From: Octopus sinensis
Lineage: Eukaryota
Direction of reading: 5' to 3'
Assembly: GCF_006345805.1 (NCBI RefSeq)
Contig: NC_043000.1
Location: 122,760,001-122,824,000, forward strand
DNA: 64,000 bases
Positions 48,975 to 62,727 of the stretch are shown here, piece after piece. A program made the position numbers and the translations under genes. The notes below the pieces were generated by a model. It was not told where the DNA came from. It searched no databases and saw only the letters and a program-made list of their open reading frames with translations. Positions within the stretch are counted from its first letter, which is position 1. The number at the start of each line of letters is the position of its first letter.

Positions 48975-49175
48975 TTTTACTCTCTTTTACTTGTTTAAGC
49001 CATTTGACTGTGGCCATGCTGGAGCACCGCCTTTAGTCGAGCAAATCGACCCCAGGACTTATACTTTGTAAGCCTAGAACTTATTCTACCGGTCTCTTTT
49101 GCTGAACTGCTACGTTACGGGGATGTAAACACACCAGCATCAGTTGCCAAGTGATGTTGGGGGGACAAACATATA

Positions 49176-49233
<58 letters not shown>

Positions 49234-49387
49234 CATATATATGACGGGCTTCATATCCACTCACAAACCTTTGGTCAGCCCGAGGCCATAGTAGAAAACA
49301 CTTGCCCAAGGTGCCACGCAGTGGTACTGAACCCAGAACCATGTGGTTGGTAAGCAAGCTACTTACCACACAGCCACACCTAAGCCT
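48975..49387 (-). mobile_element. Family A SINE, near full length
   Basis: Matches 381-805 along its length, apart from a short deletion. Confidence 0.9.
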
Positions 49388-49708
49388 ACTGCGGAGTTTC
49401 ATCCTTTTCACGTCACACTTACATCAGTAGTTATAATTTTCATACATAACGACATTGTTATTTGAAACATAAAATTAATGAATGTAGAATACAATTACGT
49501 ATAATATAACTAATGAAATATTTCGTGTAATATAAGAGATATGAGTTAAAAATTGATTGTTTGGCATGTTTTACGCCCCTTTTTTATGTGTCCGCTCCCC
49601 CTAACTTTAGAACTTGTCTTCACTACTACTCTAGGGAATTATGCCATCTAACCCTAGAAAAACAGTTACAGTGGCACAACAGCGAGATATATGGCTATTA
49701 GAATATAT

Positions 49709-49944
49709 ATTTCTTTACTACCCACTAGGGGCTAAACATAGAGGGGACAAACAACGACAGACAAAGAAAGGGATTAAGTCGATTACATCTACCTAGTGCG
49801 AAACTGGTACTTTATTTATCGATCCTGAGAAGATGAAAGGCAAAGTCGACCTCAGCGGAATCTGAACTCAGAACGTAACGAGAGACGAAATACCGCTAAA
49901 CATTTCGCCCGGCGCGCTAACGTTTCTGCCAGCTCGCCGCCTTA
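49709..49944 (-). mobile_element. Family B SINE, monomeric
   Basis: 14-bp direct repeat CTATTAGAATATAT at 49695-49708 and 49950-49963. Confidence 0.9.
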
Positions 49945-50619
49945 TACGTCTATTAGAATATATGCATTTGTGTCTTCGTCTAGATGTACGCATTTGTGTG
50001 TATATATTTTTATTCTTGCCTTTTCTCACGTATGTATCGGCAGAATAGCTATCTGGTTATACGTTAGATATTTCAGTCGATCCAGCGACTGTAATATTCA
50101 TTGACTAAAATGATTGAGCAACCATTTTATATTGCTTCAGAACTGTGAGTGAGCATGCGTATGTGCGTGTGTGAGAGTGCATACATGTGTGTGTGTGTGT
50201 TGTATGTGTGTGTTTGTAGTGTAATGTATGTGCAGAGGTTTATACCCCCAACACTCGCGTGGGGCGCAAACTCTCGGACAGTACACTAGTTAGCGTTGAC
50301 CGCTGGCAGCAATAGCGAAATTAGATGCATTACAAACTATTGAACAGCTGAGAACATATATGTATACAATATATACATACACACACAAATAACAAACACA
50401 AATGCATCTGACAACGGTCGATTTCTTCCGGGCGAGAAACAGAGAAGATTTACAGAAACAAAATAATCGATCGCAGGACAAGACTGGTACTTTATTCAAA
50501 GATCAAGAATGAAGAATGAAAGAGGAAAAGAATGAAAGGCGAAATCGTTCATTCTGCAGAGCCGGAATGTTTATCGCCAAGTGATCTATCAGATGCACTA
50601 ATGACCTTGCCCAAATGGC

Positions 50620-51270
50620 TGTATGTATGTGTGTATATGTATGTATGGGTGTGTATTCATGTATGTATATATGTATGTTTGTATGTATGTATGCACGTAT
50701 AAATGTATACATGCATGTATGTATATATGTATGCATGCGTGTATTTACGTATGCATATATTTATGGATGTATGTATATATGCATGTATGAATACATGGAT
50801 GCATGAACGTATATATGCTTGTATGTATGTATTGCATGTATATATGTATGTATGTTTGTATGTATGCATGCATGCTTGTATCTATGCATATATGTATGTA
50901 TGCTTGTATGTATGTATATATGTATATATCCATGCATGTATGTATCAATGTATACATGTATGTATGCATGTATATATGTATGTGTGCATGTAAGTATGCA
51001 TGTATGCATGCATGCATGCATGTATGTATGCATTCATGCATGCATTATGTATGTATGCATGTATGTATGCATCTATGTATACATGTATGCATGCATGTAT
51101 GTATCCCTGCATGTATGCATATATGTATGTATGCATGTATGCATGCAGGATGCATGCATGTATGTATATATGTATGCATTTATATATGTATGTATTATGA
51201 ATGTACGTACGTATGCATGCATGCATGCATGTATGTATATATGCATATATGAATGAATTCATGTATGTGT
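50620..51270. repeat. Degenerate (TATG/CATG)n microsatellite field
   Basis: Directly visible. Confidence 0.9.
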
Positions 51271-51879
51271 GCGTTCACATCTGTTGAAATAGTTGCTACT
51301 GTGTCAGTTTTGCGCAGGTCAGAGCCCTTATCCAATAAACTTATGGTCAAATGTTAGCCACCCGTGCCCAAACCGCCTCTTTTTCAGTAATCACATATAA
51401 GGTCACAGGATAAGATTCGTTCTCTCTCCAAAAAGTTTGAGAGTTTGATTTGAGGAAAATATAAGTTGCTATTTCTAAAAAAACCAACAGTGTAGGATCG
51501 GTTTATGAGAGTATATGCGAGGCGGGGATAGATATAATAGAAGTCGTTGAGGTTTCGATCTACGTAATAGCCGCGTTACGTTATTCCCTAGAAATATATA
51601 ATCACGTTCTTCCTGGAAACTTGAGTAATATATTTCGATCTTCGTGTGTATGTGTGTGTTTACGTGTATGTGTACATGTGTCTGTGTGTGTGTGTATGTC
51701 TGTTTATGTGTGTATATGTGTGTGGAGGGGTGAAGGAGTATGTATGTGTTATGTGCGTTCATGTGAGCTTGTTTACGTGGATTGTTCATTTGCCAATCGA
51801 AAATTTATACTCTACTTATCAATTACAATTGCCAACTCGCTTTGTGTGCGAACACACACATATGTATATGCAGACACTT

Positions 51880-51948
<69 letters not shown>

Positions 51949-51987
51949 TGCGTGTGTGTGTGGGTATGCATATATATATATATATAT

Positions 51988-52018
<31 letters not shown>

Positions 52019-52077
52019 CATTTATATATTATATATGTAATTTATATATAGATGTAGATATATACATATATATATAT

Positions 52078-52148
<71 letters not shown>

Positions 52149-52945
52149 GAGTGTGTGTGTATATAAAAATACACACACACATACACACACACACACATAT
52201 ACATATATATATATATATATATACATACATACATACATTTACATGTATATATAAACACCTACATATAGATTCACGTGTTTATATAAGCGTATATATTTTG
52301 TGTATATCTGTCTCTATGCGCTCTAACTTCTACGGTAGTACCAATCAATTTACAGCATCAAGTGTAGTGTAAGAGATAATCGATATATCCCCTAATCCAT
52401 TGATCAGATTATCAAACTAACCATCGCTCCTATACATCTTTAGACATATATATGTCTACCCTAAAAGCTACTTATCAAACTGTCTGTTTCCTAATCGCTT
52501 CTTGTATGTATGTACATCGATCCATATATCTAAATATCTAACTCTCTTCATAGCAGTTCATAAAAAGGAATGGATCATATGTATATAGTTACAAACTATC
52601 TTATCGTCGAGATACACTGCCACTCACGCCCTTGTAAGCGCTGTTCTATGCAAAGGCATCCCGGGAAGTTGCCCAATGGTCCCACGGTCCAATGGTTCCA
52701 CGGTTAATATATGTATGCTGTTGCTGGGTGTATAAAAACCCTAGTGATTGCTCCCCCCCCCCCCCAGTGCAGGGTGTTTATGCTCTTAAGACAACTCTGA
52801 TTTGCACTTGTCTACATACATTATATGCACATATACTCTTCAACTCTCACACACGTCTAAGATAATTTTTTGTATATACACACGCAACTAAATAAAGACA
52901 TATATACATTACATACAGACAGGCAGACACACACATACAGACACA

Positions 52946-53305
52946 CTTAAAGCATGTGGGACCCACGCTCCATACTCCTGAACCTTTCCCATCGAGTGAA
53001 GATGCTACTCTGTAGCAGTGTGGGAGCATTCCATTTTCTCTGCCAGTTTCCTTGTCGTTTGACGAGAATTTTTGTGCAACAGTTGGTTTAATCACTCTTC
53101 ATCGAACTCAACTGGACGGCCAGAACAAGGTGCGTCTTTGATGTTAAAATTTCCATTTTTTAACTTGGCATCTCAATCACGAGCAGTTCTTTCAGCTATG
53201 GCACCCTCTCCATACATTATGGAGGCTCCATAAGCCTTTGCGGCCTTAAAACCTTGATTAAAGGCAAATAGAAAGAGGTATCGATTTTCTTAACTTGACA
53301 TTCCA
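52946..53305 (-). mobile_element. Mariner transposase N-terminal fragment (pseudogene)
   Basis: YGEGAIAERTARDW..KNGNFNIKDAPCSGRPVEFDEE..SRQTTRKLAEKMECSH..GKVQEYGAWVPHAL (WVPHEL-type mariner motif), with stops. Confidence 0.88.
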
Positions 53306-53929
53306 ATAAACAAAAATTAACTAAAATTACCTAGAAAAAAAAATAGATTCCAAAATGTTTCAAAATGTGTCTAACTACAAGTTACTGATGATCTACCAAC
53401 CGAAACCGCGAGTCTAACACCGCTGTAATTAGCACCGTCATCAAATTTCAATTCCCGCACTATCAATCTATCAATGAAAACTCTCCTAGAAACAAGCATG
53501 ATACATAGGTAACACGCCATATCACTCTTACTGTAACTTTATAAATATAATATCGTCTACTAGCGTAGTTAGAGAGGGCAATGAGGGAGCTCTATCAAGT
53601 AAAGCCCTTTTGGGTATGTTATACAAGCCTGTATATGCTTTATTGAAACAAAAGCGAGTGAAGTGGAGGTAGGATTCAGAGTCTTCTGGCAACACACACT
53701 CTAGCTACGTTACTTCTAACACCATCAACTCAGGCCAGTCGAGCATAAAACGCACACGCTCGCGCGCAATAGCTGCTGTTTCAAAAGGGTGAAAGTTTTG
53801 ATCTGAAGTAGTGGGTGATGCCTTGAACCGGCAACGATTAGTTCATAGTAGAGTTCATAGACCAAAGGAATGTAAGATCTAATGAATGGTTTCTATTCTT
53901 GCTTTTCGAGTGGAGGAGAGGCAGCGTGA

Positions 53930-53963
<34 letters not shown>

Positions 53964-54797
53964 AAGCAGGAGAAAGAGAGCAGAGATAGGGAAAATGATT
54001 TATCACTTGCAAAAGGCAATGTAAATATAGCAAGCCAACTCTTGCGAGCGGGAATGGCTAGGTAATGTCTACTATGCTTTGACCAATTGCTTTTGACAGC
54101 TACGTAGTCTCAAGCAGACACATAAATCATCGTCTCCCTCTCGCCCTTGACTTAGTAGAATATCCAGGATGTGAAAGCTAGAATGTCAGGTCGGTGCGCC
54201 ATCAGCTGGCTAGTACTGAGTAGACTGGAGGAACGTGAAATGAAGTGCCTTGTTCATGGCCACAACGTAGTGGTTGAATGCAAAGCCTTATGATCGGAAG
54301 CCAAACACCTTATTCATAAGGTTACGTGCGTTCACACACGGGAACAAATACTAAACGAAAAGATTCTGCAGGAATGCACTTCACCAAAGATAAGTATAGA
54401 AAAACAGTGACTGTACAGATCAGAACGAGTCCACCTTTCTCGCCTCGGCTTTAGCCATGACCCGAATTTATGAACATACAAGAGTTGATTGGACAGTGGA
54501 GTGAATATATTACGACCAAACTGTCACACCTCTTGCCATACCATTTATTAGTGTGTATAAGTGTGTAGTATTGTTTCATTCAGGCAGAAGCTGCGTCGAC
54601 AACAGATCCGAGGATCGTGCCTAGCCGATTTAATGGTTACCTACGTACCAGAACCGGCATGCAGCTACTCAACAACTACATACCGTCTTAACTGGACACT
54701 AAGCAAGCTCACCTATCCTCACACTACATACCTATCTATTTGCTATCGTATATATATATATATAATATATATATACACATATACACACACACCACAT

Positions 54798-54866
<69 letters not shown>

Positions 54867-55216
54867 TGTATGTATAATATACATATATATATTATATTTA
54901 TTTATTTATATTTATATGTCAGCTCCTCTACAATGTACTACTTATTACCTCTCTACCAATTTATCTATAAATTTTAAGTAGCTTCTATCAATCTGTCCAC
55001 ATTTTTTGGCTCTGTCCCAATATGTCTATCTTTCTGGCTAGTTATCTCACTCACTATTTATTTTCTTTTTTTATCTTTTTATTTATTTATTCATTCCCTT
55101 TCGTTCTTATTGGTCTGCGTTTGTATTTATCTAGCTCTTTACCTGTACATTTCCGTATCCTAGTTGTCTATTAACCCATCTAGCCAACAATCCATCCATC
55201 CATCAATGCACATATC

Positions 55217-55248
<32 letters not shown>

Positions 55249-55315
55249 TACCTATCTATACGTTTATCTATTCTCCTTCTCTCTCTTCACGATACACACA
55301 ACACATACATACATA

Positions 55316-55363
<48 letters not shown>

Positions 55364-55372
55364 ATATATATA

Positions 55373-56612
55373 CAGGGCACGGTAAATAAATTGTCGTCTA
55401 AATTACAGAAAAATGAAAATAAAACTGACATCTTATTTTTAACCAAATTTACCAAAATTACATAAAAGTATCTAGAAATACTAAACAGTAAATTTATTCA
55501 ATAAAATCGCTATTGGCTTCCACCACGGCCCTCAGACAACTTCGGAATTTCCTGCAACACTTCTGGGCAGTCCCCTTGATGAAGTTGTGAATACTGTCAT
55601 AATCCTTGCCTTCAGTTGATCTTTGGTGCTACAAGCTGTTTTGTTGGTCTCTCGCTCGACTGCGCCCCCACCTCACATAATAATCAAGAGGGTTGTAGTC
55701 TGGGGAGTTAGCTGGCCAGATGTTAGGGGTGATGTGGTCGCATAAACTGTCTGACAGTCATGACTGGGTTCTCCTGATTGTGTGGCATGAAGCAGATTCC
55801 GAGTGCCGGACATAGGGTCTTCCAGCAATCAACCTCCTCCAGGCCATTGATGTAGGCCTCCATGTTGAGTGTAAGGCCGTGAGGAAAGATGAACGGAGGC
55901 ATAACATCGCCTTCACTAGTAATGACTCCAAACACCATGATGTTGACTGGATGTTTGATTTTTATCACTCTCAGTACATGTTTTGGCGACACGGTAAGCC
56001 AACTGTTGTTTTGTGTGTTCACTATCTCATCCTGAGAGAAATGTTTCTCTTCTGAGAAAAACCAAAGCATCTTCGGTTTGATGGGATGCTTGAGTCCATT
56101 CAAAAGCTTCGTAGCACAGTCTTTCCTCTTGTCCTTGATGGCTTTGGATAGAAAATGGCCTTTTCTCATCTTGTATGAGGAAGACCGAATGTTTTCATGC
56201 ACTACTTGCTTGACAAGAAACTCAGACACTTCTATGTCCTTGGCGATGGACTTGATTGAGTTGAAGGGATTGTTGTAAATCATGGCCTGGATCTCAGCAA
56301 CAAATTCAGGAGTTCTTTTCTTATCAGAACGATCAGGACGAGTTTTTCGAGCTGCTGTACCTTCATAATCATCATTAGACTCATCCAACTCTTTCCAAAT
56401 CTTCTGCACTCTCCTCAGATTGACACCCAAACATTCTGAAATGTTCTAGTGAGAATACCAAGTAGAACAGATGTCCTTTCCAGGATACTGTTATTCTCAA
56501 AGAAGGTGCCCAACTACCTTACTATACTTTGTAGTCGATAAAATATTAAAAAAACAATGCGCAAATGCACAATTAAGAATATAAAATGGTGACAAGTTAC
56601 CCATCGCACCCA
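55373..56612 (-). mobile_element. Decayed DD37D (maT-type) Tc1/mariner-superfamily transposon
   Basis: FFSEEKHF, MVFGVITSEGDVMPP and ESASCH..WPANSPDYNPLD, with 37 residues between the second and third catalytic positions. Degenerate ~26-bp TIRs; embedded in (TA)n on both sides. Confidence 0.9.
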
Positions 56613-56619
56613 TATATAT

Positions 56620-56666
<47 letters not shown>

Positions 56667-57138
56667 ACATCTATATATCTATTTATCAGTCTATTTCTGT
56701 ATCGCTGAATCTATCTATCCATTTATCCATCTGTCTATATTTCTAGCCATTTATCCCGCTAACTGTCTTGCTAGCTAGCTAGCTAGCAACGTAGCGAGCT
56801 TAACTTGTGCTTAATTCAGTCAGTTGGTGAATGGCGTACACATACAAAAAATAGTATTTAAATTAATTCAAATTAGCTGGTTAGATGAAGAAGAAAGCCA
56901 AACCTCAAAATAACTGTTAACAACTCTCAGAAAAAAGGGGAGATAATTTCAATATATTGATTTCAAAATTGGCACAGCGGCAAACATTTCGAGGGAGAAG
57001 GTTATTCGATTATATCGACCTCAGTGCTCAACTGTTCTTATTTTGTCGACCTCGAAATAATGAAAGGTAATGTCGATCTCGACGGAATTTGAACTCAAAG
57101 CGTGAAGAAATGCCGTTAAGAATTTCGTTAAGAAACGA

Positions 57139-57182
<44 letters not shown>

Positions 57183-57185
<3 letters not shown>

Positions 57186-57570
57186 CGCAGGAGTGGCTGT
57201 GTGGTAAGTAGCTTGCTTACCAACCACATGATTCCGGGTTCAGTCCCACTGCGTGGGACCTTGGGCAAGTCTCTTCTACTATAGCCTTGGGCCGACCAAA
57301 GCCTTGTGAGTAGATTTGGTAGACGGAAACTGAAAGAAGCCCGTCGTATATATGTATATATATGTGTGTGTGTCAGTGTTTGACCCCCTAGCATTGTTTG
57401 ACAACCGATGCTGGTGTGTTTATGTCCCCGTAAGAGACCGATAAGAATAAGTACTGGGCTTACAAAAGAATAAGTCCCGGGGTCGAGTTGCTCGACTAAA
57501 GGCGGTGCTCCAGCATGGCCGCAGTCAAAATGACTGAAACAAGGAAAAGGAAAAAGAAAAAGAAAAGAAA
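57183..57570 (+). mobile_element. Family A SINE, near full length
   Basis: AGGCGCAGGAGTGGCTGTGTGGTAAG head through the GACTGAAACAAG tail. Confidence 0.9.
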
Positions 57571-57823
57571 AAATATATATATATATATAATATATTAGAT
57601 ATATACGATTATAAAAAATCCCTCTCTTCACCCACTGATAATTTTATAATTGTGTAGGTAATGCATGATACTTTGAGATCTCAGCAATTTGAATCCCATA
57701 CGTGTAAATATCTAATATTTCTACATATATTCGATATTGTTTCCAGTATATTTAAATGATTTTCTGCGCAATATCTTTCTAAGCAATATCTCGAAGTATC
57801 GGGTTATATACCATGACATTAAT

Positions 57824-57855
<32 letters not shown>

Positions 57856-58043
57856 CGCCACGCATATATTACAAAAGTGAAATTAATATATAGTTCTATC
57901 TTGAGGCGATCGATTGCGGAAATCATTAGGACAGTATGTGGTTCAGCTCTAAGCGCATTCGGTTCAAATCATACAAAGAGTAATTTTGTATCTTATTCCG
58001 TTTACGTGGCCATACAAAACCAATTATTGTGCTAAGGGAGAGG

Positions 58044-58118
58044 CGATACATAGGAGAGCTGAGGGAGCCGATACATGGGAGAGCTGAGAGAGTCGATACA
58101 TGGGAGAGTTGAGAGGGT
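58044..58118 (+). repeat. 25-bp minisatellite, 3 units (CGATACATGGGAGAGCTGAGAGAGT)
   Basis: Directly visible. Confidence 0.85.
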
Positions 58119-58229
58119 GTCTTATCTGCTCACGACTACATATGCACTTACAATAATTAACGAAAACATGGTTCATGCTGCCAAGTTATAAAGTCAACTT
58201 CCATCTAAATTGTTAAATGTTTTGCCTTG

Positions 58230-58487
58230 CAATGAATTCTATTGAACTGTGCAATATCAGGAGAATAAGAAATCCCAGTCAAGTTCATGTCACTTTGTTC
58301 GGGTAGCCAAAGGCACATGTTGTCGAGCATTGTCTTGGTGGAACACTACCCCTTTCACGTTGGCAATTTCCAGTCTCAATTCTTTGATTTCTTGGTTCAA
58401 CCGACGACAGTATACACTAGAATTAATGATCTGATTTTTGGGAGCTCATAATAAATAATGCTTTTATTATCCCACCAAACGCAATTA
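58230..58487 (-). mobile_element. Mariner transposase central fragment (pseudogene)
   Basis: CVWWDNKSIIYYEL..NQIINSSVYC..ANVKGVVFHQDNARQHV..TRTK*HELDWD. Confidence 0.8.
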
Positions 58488-58565
<78 letters not shown>

Positions 58566-58589
58566 CTAATATTATTATTATTATCATTA

Positions 58590-58663
58590 TTCAGTAGTTT
58601 TATTTTTATAGCGTGCTTTCACTTCACTACCGAGCGCAGCTCTGTGTGCCTTGGGTATGTGCT
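58590..58663 (-). mobile_element. 74-bp 3' stub of the Dong-like LINE, inside an (ATT)n tract
   Basis: Near-identical to 23616-23689 (TTCAGTAGTT..CCGAGCGCAGCTCTGTGTGCCTT.GGTATGTGCT). Confidence 0.9.
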
Positions 58664-58700
58664 TATTATCATTATTACTATGATTATTATCATTTTTATT

Positions 58701-58732
<32 letters not shown>

Positions 58733-58789
58733 CATTATTATTATTATCATTATTATTATTATTATTATTATTATTTTATTATTATTAAT

Positions 58790-59364
58790 TGAGTGAGAGA
58801 GCAGTTCATGCCATCAAAGTGACACTAGGGTAAAATATACGAAGCCCAATATACCCATCATGACTACCCGTCTGATAAGGGTACACCAGGCACATGCATC
58901 ACAACCATATGTGCGCGACATGGTGATCTCATATCAAGATAAACAGCACATGACCTTGCAGATGGGGCCCTGTTAGAATTTTCTTCAGGTTGAGTAGCCC
59001 ATCCCGCTTAAACGGTCCCTGAATAAGGGGTGTTTAAGGATGTTGAAAGAAACACCCATGTTTCCAGAGGTGAATTAATCAAACTCCAAAGAATCCCTCT
59101 CAACACATGGCTATGATGCTCCCCCACTACTTCTGCTCGTGATCAGAGATGCACATATCGTCAGCCACTAAGGGACATGCTCAACTGGTTAAGGTCAAAC
59201 AACTGACAAGCAAATCTGTGGTATTGAGCAGAATATTTGCTGTAGCCCATCTTTTATACCAAGACAAAACAATGTACATGATAACACTTCCAATCAGTTA
59301 AGATCAGAAGCCATGAGAGCCACTGCCTGGTACTGCATCTGGGCATGGTACTGCATCATGGCAT
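58790..59364. mobile_element. Unclassified ~570-bp non-coding repeat flanked by (ATT)n on both sides
   Basis: Complex, GC-richer sequence between two long ATT tracts, with a terminal duplication of GGTACTGCATC..GGCAT. I recall similar sequence as a dispersed octopod repeat, but this is unverified. Confidence 0.5.
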
Positions 59365-59516
59365 TATTATTATTATTATCATTATTATTATTATTATTAT
59401 CATTATTATTATTATCATTATTATTATTATACTATCATTATCATTATTATTATTATTATTATCATTTTATTATTATTATTATTATTATTATCATCATTTT
59501 ATTATTATTATTATTA

Positions 59517-59557
<41 letters not shown>

Positions 59558-59596
59558 TATTTTTATTATTATTATTATTTTTATTATTATTATTAT

Positions 59597-59815
59597 GGCG
59601 GCGAGCTGGCATAGTCGTTGCGGCGTCAGAAAAATGCTAAGTAGCATTTCTTCCGGTTTTACGTTCTGAGTTCACATGCCACCGAAGACAACTCACCCTT
59701 TCATCGCTTCGGATTCAATAAATTAAGTACAGTTGAACACCGCAGTCGATGTAATCGACGAGCTCCCTGCCACCAAAATTACTGGCTTTCTGCCTGTAAT
59801 GGAAAGAATAATTAT
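59597..59815 (+). mobile_element. Old family B-related SINE following (ATT)n
   Basis: GGCGGCGAGCTGGCA head, TTCTGAGTTCAC box. Confidence 0.7.
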
Positions 59816-60589
59816 TACCATTTGTTCTTCGTGTTTTAATTTCGCTGCTTTTCTGAAATAAACGTATCTCACTACTATGAATTTGATGTGCTTTTACGCT
59901 GATGATTGTATATGTAACTTATGAAATTTTGAGAGCACAGAGTCTTGCGTTGCATAGAAATATTTATTGTAAAGTCTGTAAATAGATTATTTTGCTTCTA
60001 GTATTCGAAGAGATTTACATGCACAAATTTTATATAAGGTACATAAATGTATGATTTATGAACTGTGTGTGGATGTATGTGTGTATGTACGTGTATAGAT
60101 ATATACACACACACACATACATACACACATACATACACACATACATACACACACATATACACAAACATACATACACACATACATACATACATACACACAC
60201 ACAGACACACATATATATATATATATTGCTAGGTTGCAAAATAAGCATAATTTACTACATTCGATGTCATCTAAAACGCACTTGTTTTCCAAAAATGTGT
60301 AAAACAAATCACCCGGAGCAAACATGCAAAGTTAGGTTTCCCCACAAGCTTTAATGCATTAAAATTTCTTTTTTTTTTATATATATGTTCAGGAAAAAAA
60401 ATGGGTGTGTCTAATATTATACCCTTGTCATCAAACATACTAATACGGTATTATTGCGGTCGGCTATAGCTTTGATGGTTTTTTCCAGTATGCCGCAACC
60501 AGTTGACAGAAACCAACAAAAGAATGCGGAACAAATTTTGGTCTGTCGTGTCTCTCTATATATATGTTTGTGTGTGTGTGTGTGCGTAC

Positions 60590-60910
60590 AGTATATATAT
60601 AACATATATATCTATATATATACATATATATATCCATATATATTATATAACATATATATATATATATTATATATATATATATCATACATATATATATATA
60701 CATACATACATATATATATATACATATATAATATATATATATACATACATATATACATACATATATATATATATATACATACATATATACATACATATAT
60801 ATATATATACATATATATATACATATATATATATATACATATACATATATATATATATATACAATATACATAATATATATATATATACGTCTATATATAT
60901 ATACATATAC

Positions 60911-60941
<31 letters not shown>

Positions 60942-61139
60942 TATATATATATATATATATACATATATTATATATATATCATATATATACATATATATAT
61001 ATATACCTATACATATATATCCATATACATATATATACATATATATATGTACATATACATATAATACATATATATATATACATATATATACATATACATA
61101 TATATAGACATATACATATATATACATATACATATATAT

Positions 61140-61185
<46 letters not shown>

Positions 61186-61212
61186 ACATATACACATATA
61201 ATATACATATAC

Positions 61213-61252
<40 letters not shown>

Positions 61253-61280
61253 AATACATATATATATATATACATACATG
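60590..61280. repeat. Long degenerate (TA)/(TACA) microsatellite field
   Basis: Directly visible. Similar fields lie at 22770-23100, 32480-33090, 40790-41200 and 51880-52230, and a (CT)n at 61725-61798. Confidence 0.92.
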
Positions 61281-61717
61281 CATCCTTACACACTAACAAT
61301 CACACAGACACTCACATTCACTCACACACCATACACGCACATACACACATACACACATATATATATATATATAAATATTAATTTATATAAACTTATAACT
61401 TATTTCACTAACAGTTTTTATTATCTGGCTTTCATAGCCAAACTAAGTAAACTTGTTCTTTTGTCTAACGATTTCTTATCTTCTTGCCCTCCCTCTCTAA
61501 TATCTGTGTGTTTCTTTCAACCTCTCCTTCCTTATATCTTTCCCCCACTTTCATTCTCTCACTCCTTCACACACCTATACACACATAGACACACACACAC
61601 ACAGTCTCTCTTATTTTCTCTCCCTTTGTTTCTCTTAACATCACCTTCTTTCACTCTTCTATCTTCTGTATCTGTTTATCTTTATCTTTTACTTACTCTT
61701 GTTGCCCACGCTCACCC

Positions 61718-61800
<83 letters not shown>

Positions 61801-62112
61801 AACCGGCCCTGCTCACGTTTCTCTTTCATTAGACAAATTTAATTACAAATCTCTCATTGTTTTTTCGTATTGTTTTCCTTTGCTGAGACAGGGTGGAGAG
61901 GGTTGTTACTTTGTTTCATCTAGATTCGTATATATTAGACTCTTATCAACAAACAGAGAGACGATACTAGGTGCGTGTTTGTGTAATATATATTTTGGGC
62001 GTGCGTGTATGAAGGTGGGTGATTGTGTTAGTGTTGAGGTTTCAATACACAATATATATACAATATATACGTAGACTCACATACACACATACATACATGT
62101 GTGTATATCTAT

Positions 62113-62156
<44 letters not shown>

Positions 62157-62216
62157 CTTTTCATATGCTCTTTTCTATATGTATATACACTCCCACTTGT
62201 ATACACACACACACAA

Positions 62217-62311
<95 letters not shown>

Positions 62312-62320
62312 TATATTCAC

Positions 62321-62375
<55 letters not shown>

Positions 62376-62695
62376 TTTCATTGTACTCTCCACATTTTAT
62401 ATGTACATCCCCTTTTCACTTATTTTTTACATTATATACATACTTACTCTCACTGATATATATTATATATTATATATATATAAAATGTACGCATGATTTT
62501 TAATTATTGTAAATCTTACACTCAGAAGGGGGCCGGTTTCCAAAAAAGACACAAGGCTCCATCCTTGGGATGTAGTTAACACAAACAAATTCTTATTTGG
62601 AACTTGAGAAAATCTTACATATTTTTACTGTTCCATTCACAGATTTCACTTGTACAAATTAACCGGTCGACTTCTCTCTCATCCAGATTCTACTT

Positions 62696-62727
<32 letters not shown>

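Noticed and set aside
53381-53418. CUGAUGA...GAAAC..GUC with a 4-bp stem I next to the mariner 5' region
   Set aside because: Stem II cannot close (U10.1/C11.1) and stem III is poor; probably a chance match.
60454-61299. IY/YI-repeat ORFs (also at 22760, 32635, 40606, 50657, 51621, 62042)
   Set aside because: These are (TA)n and (TACA)n microsatellite translations.
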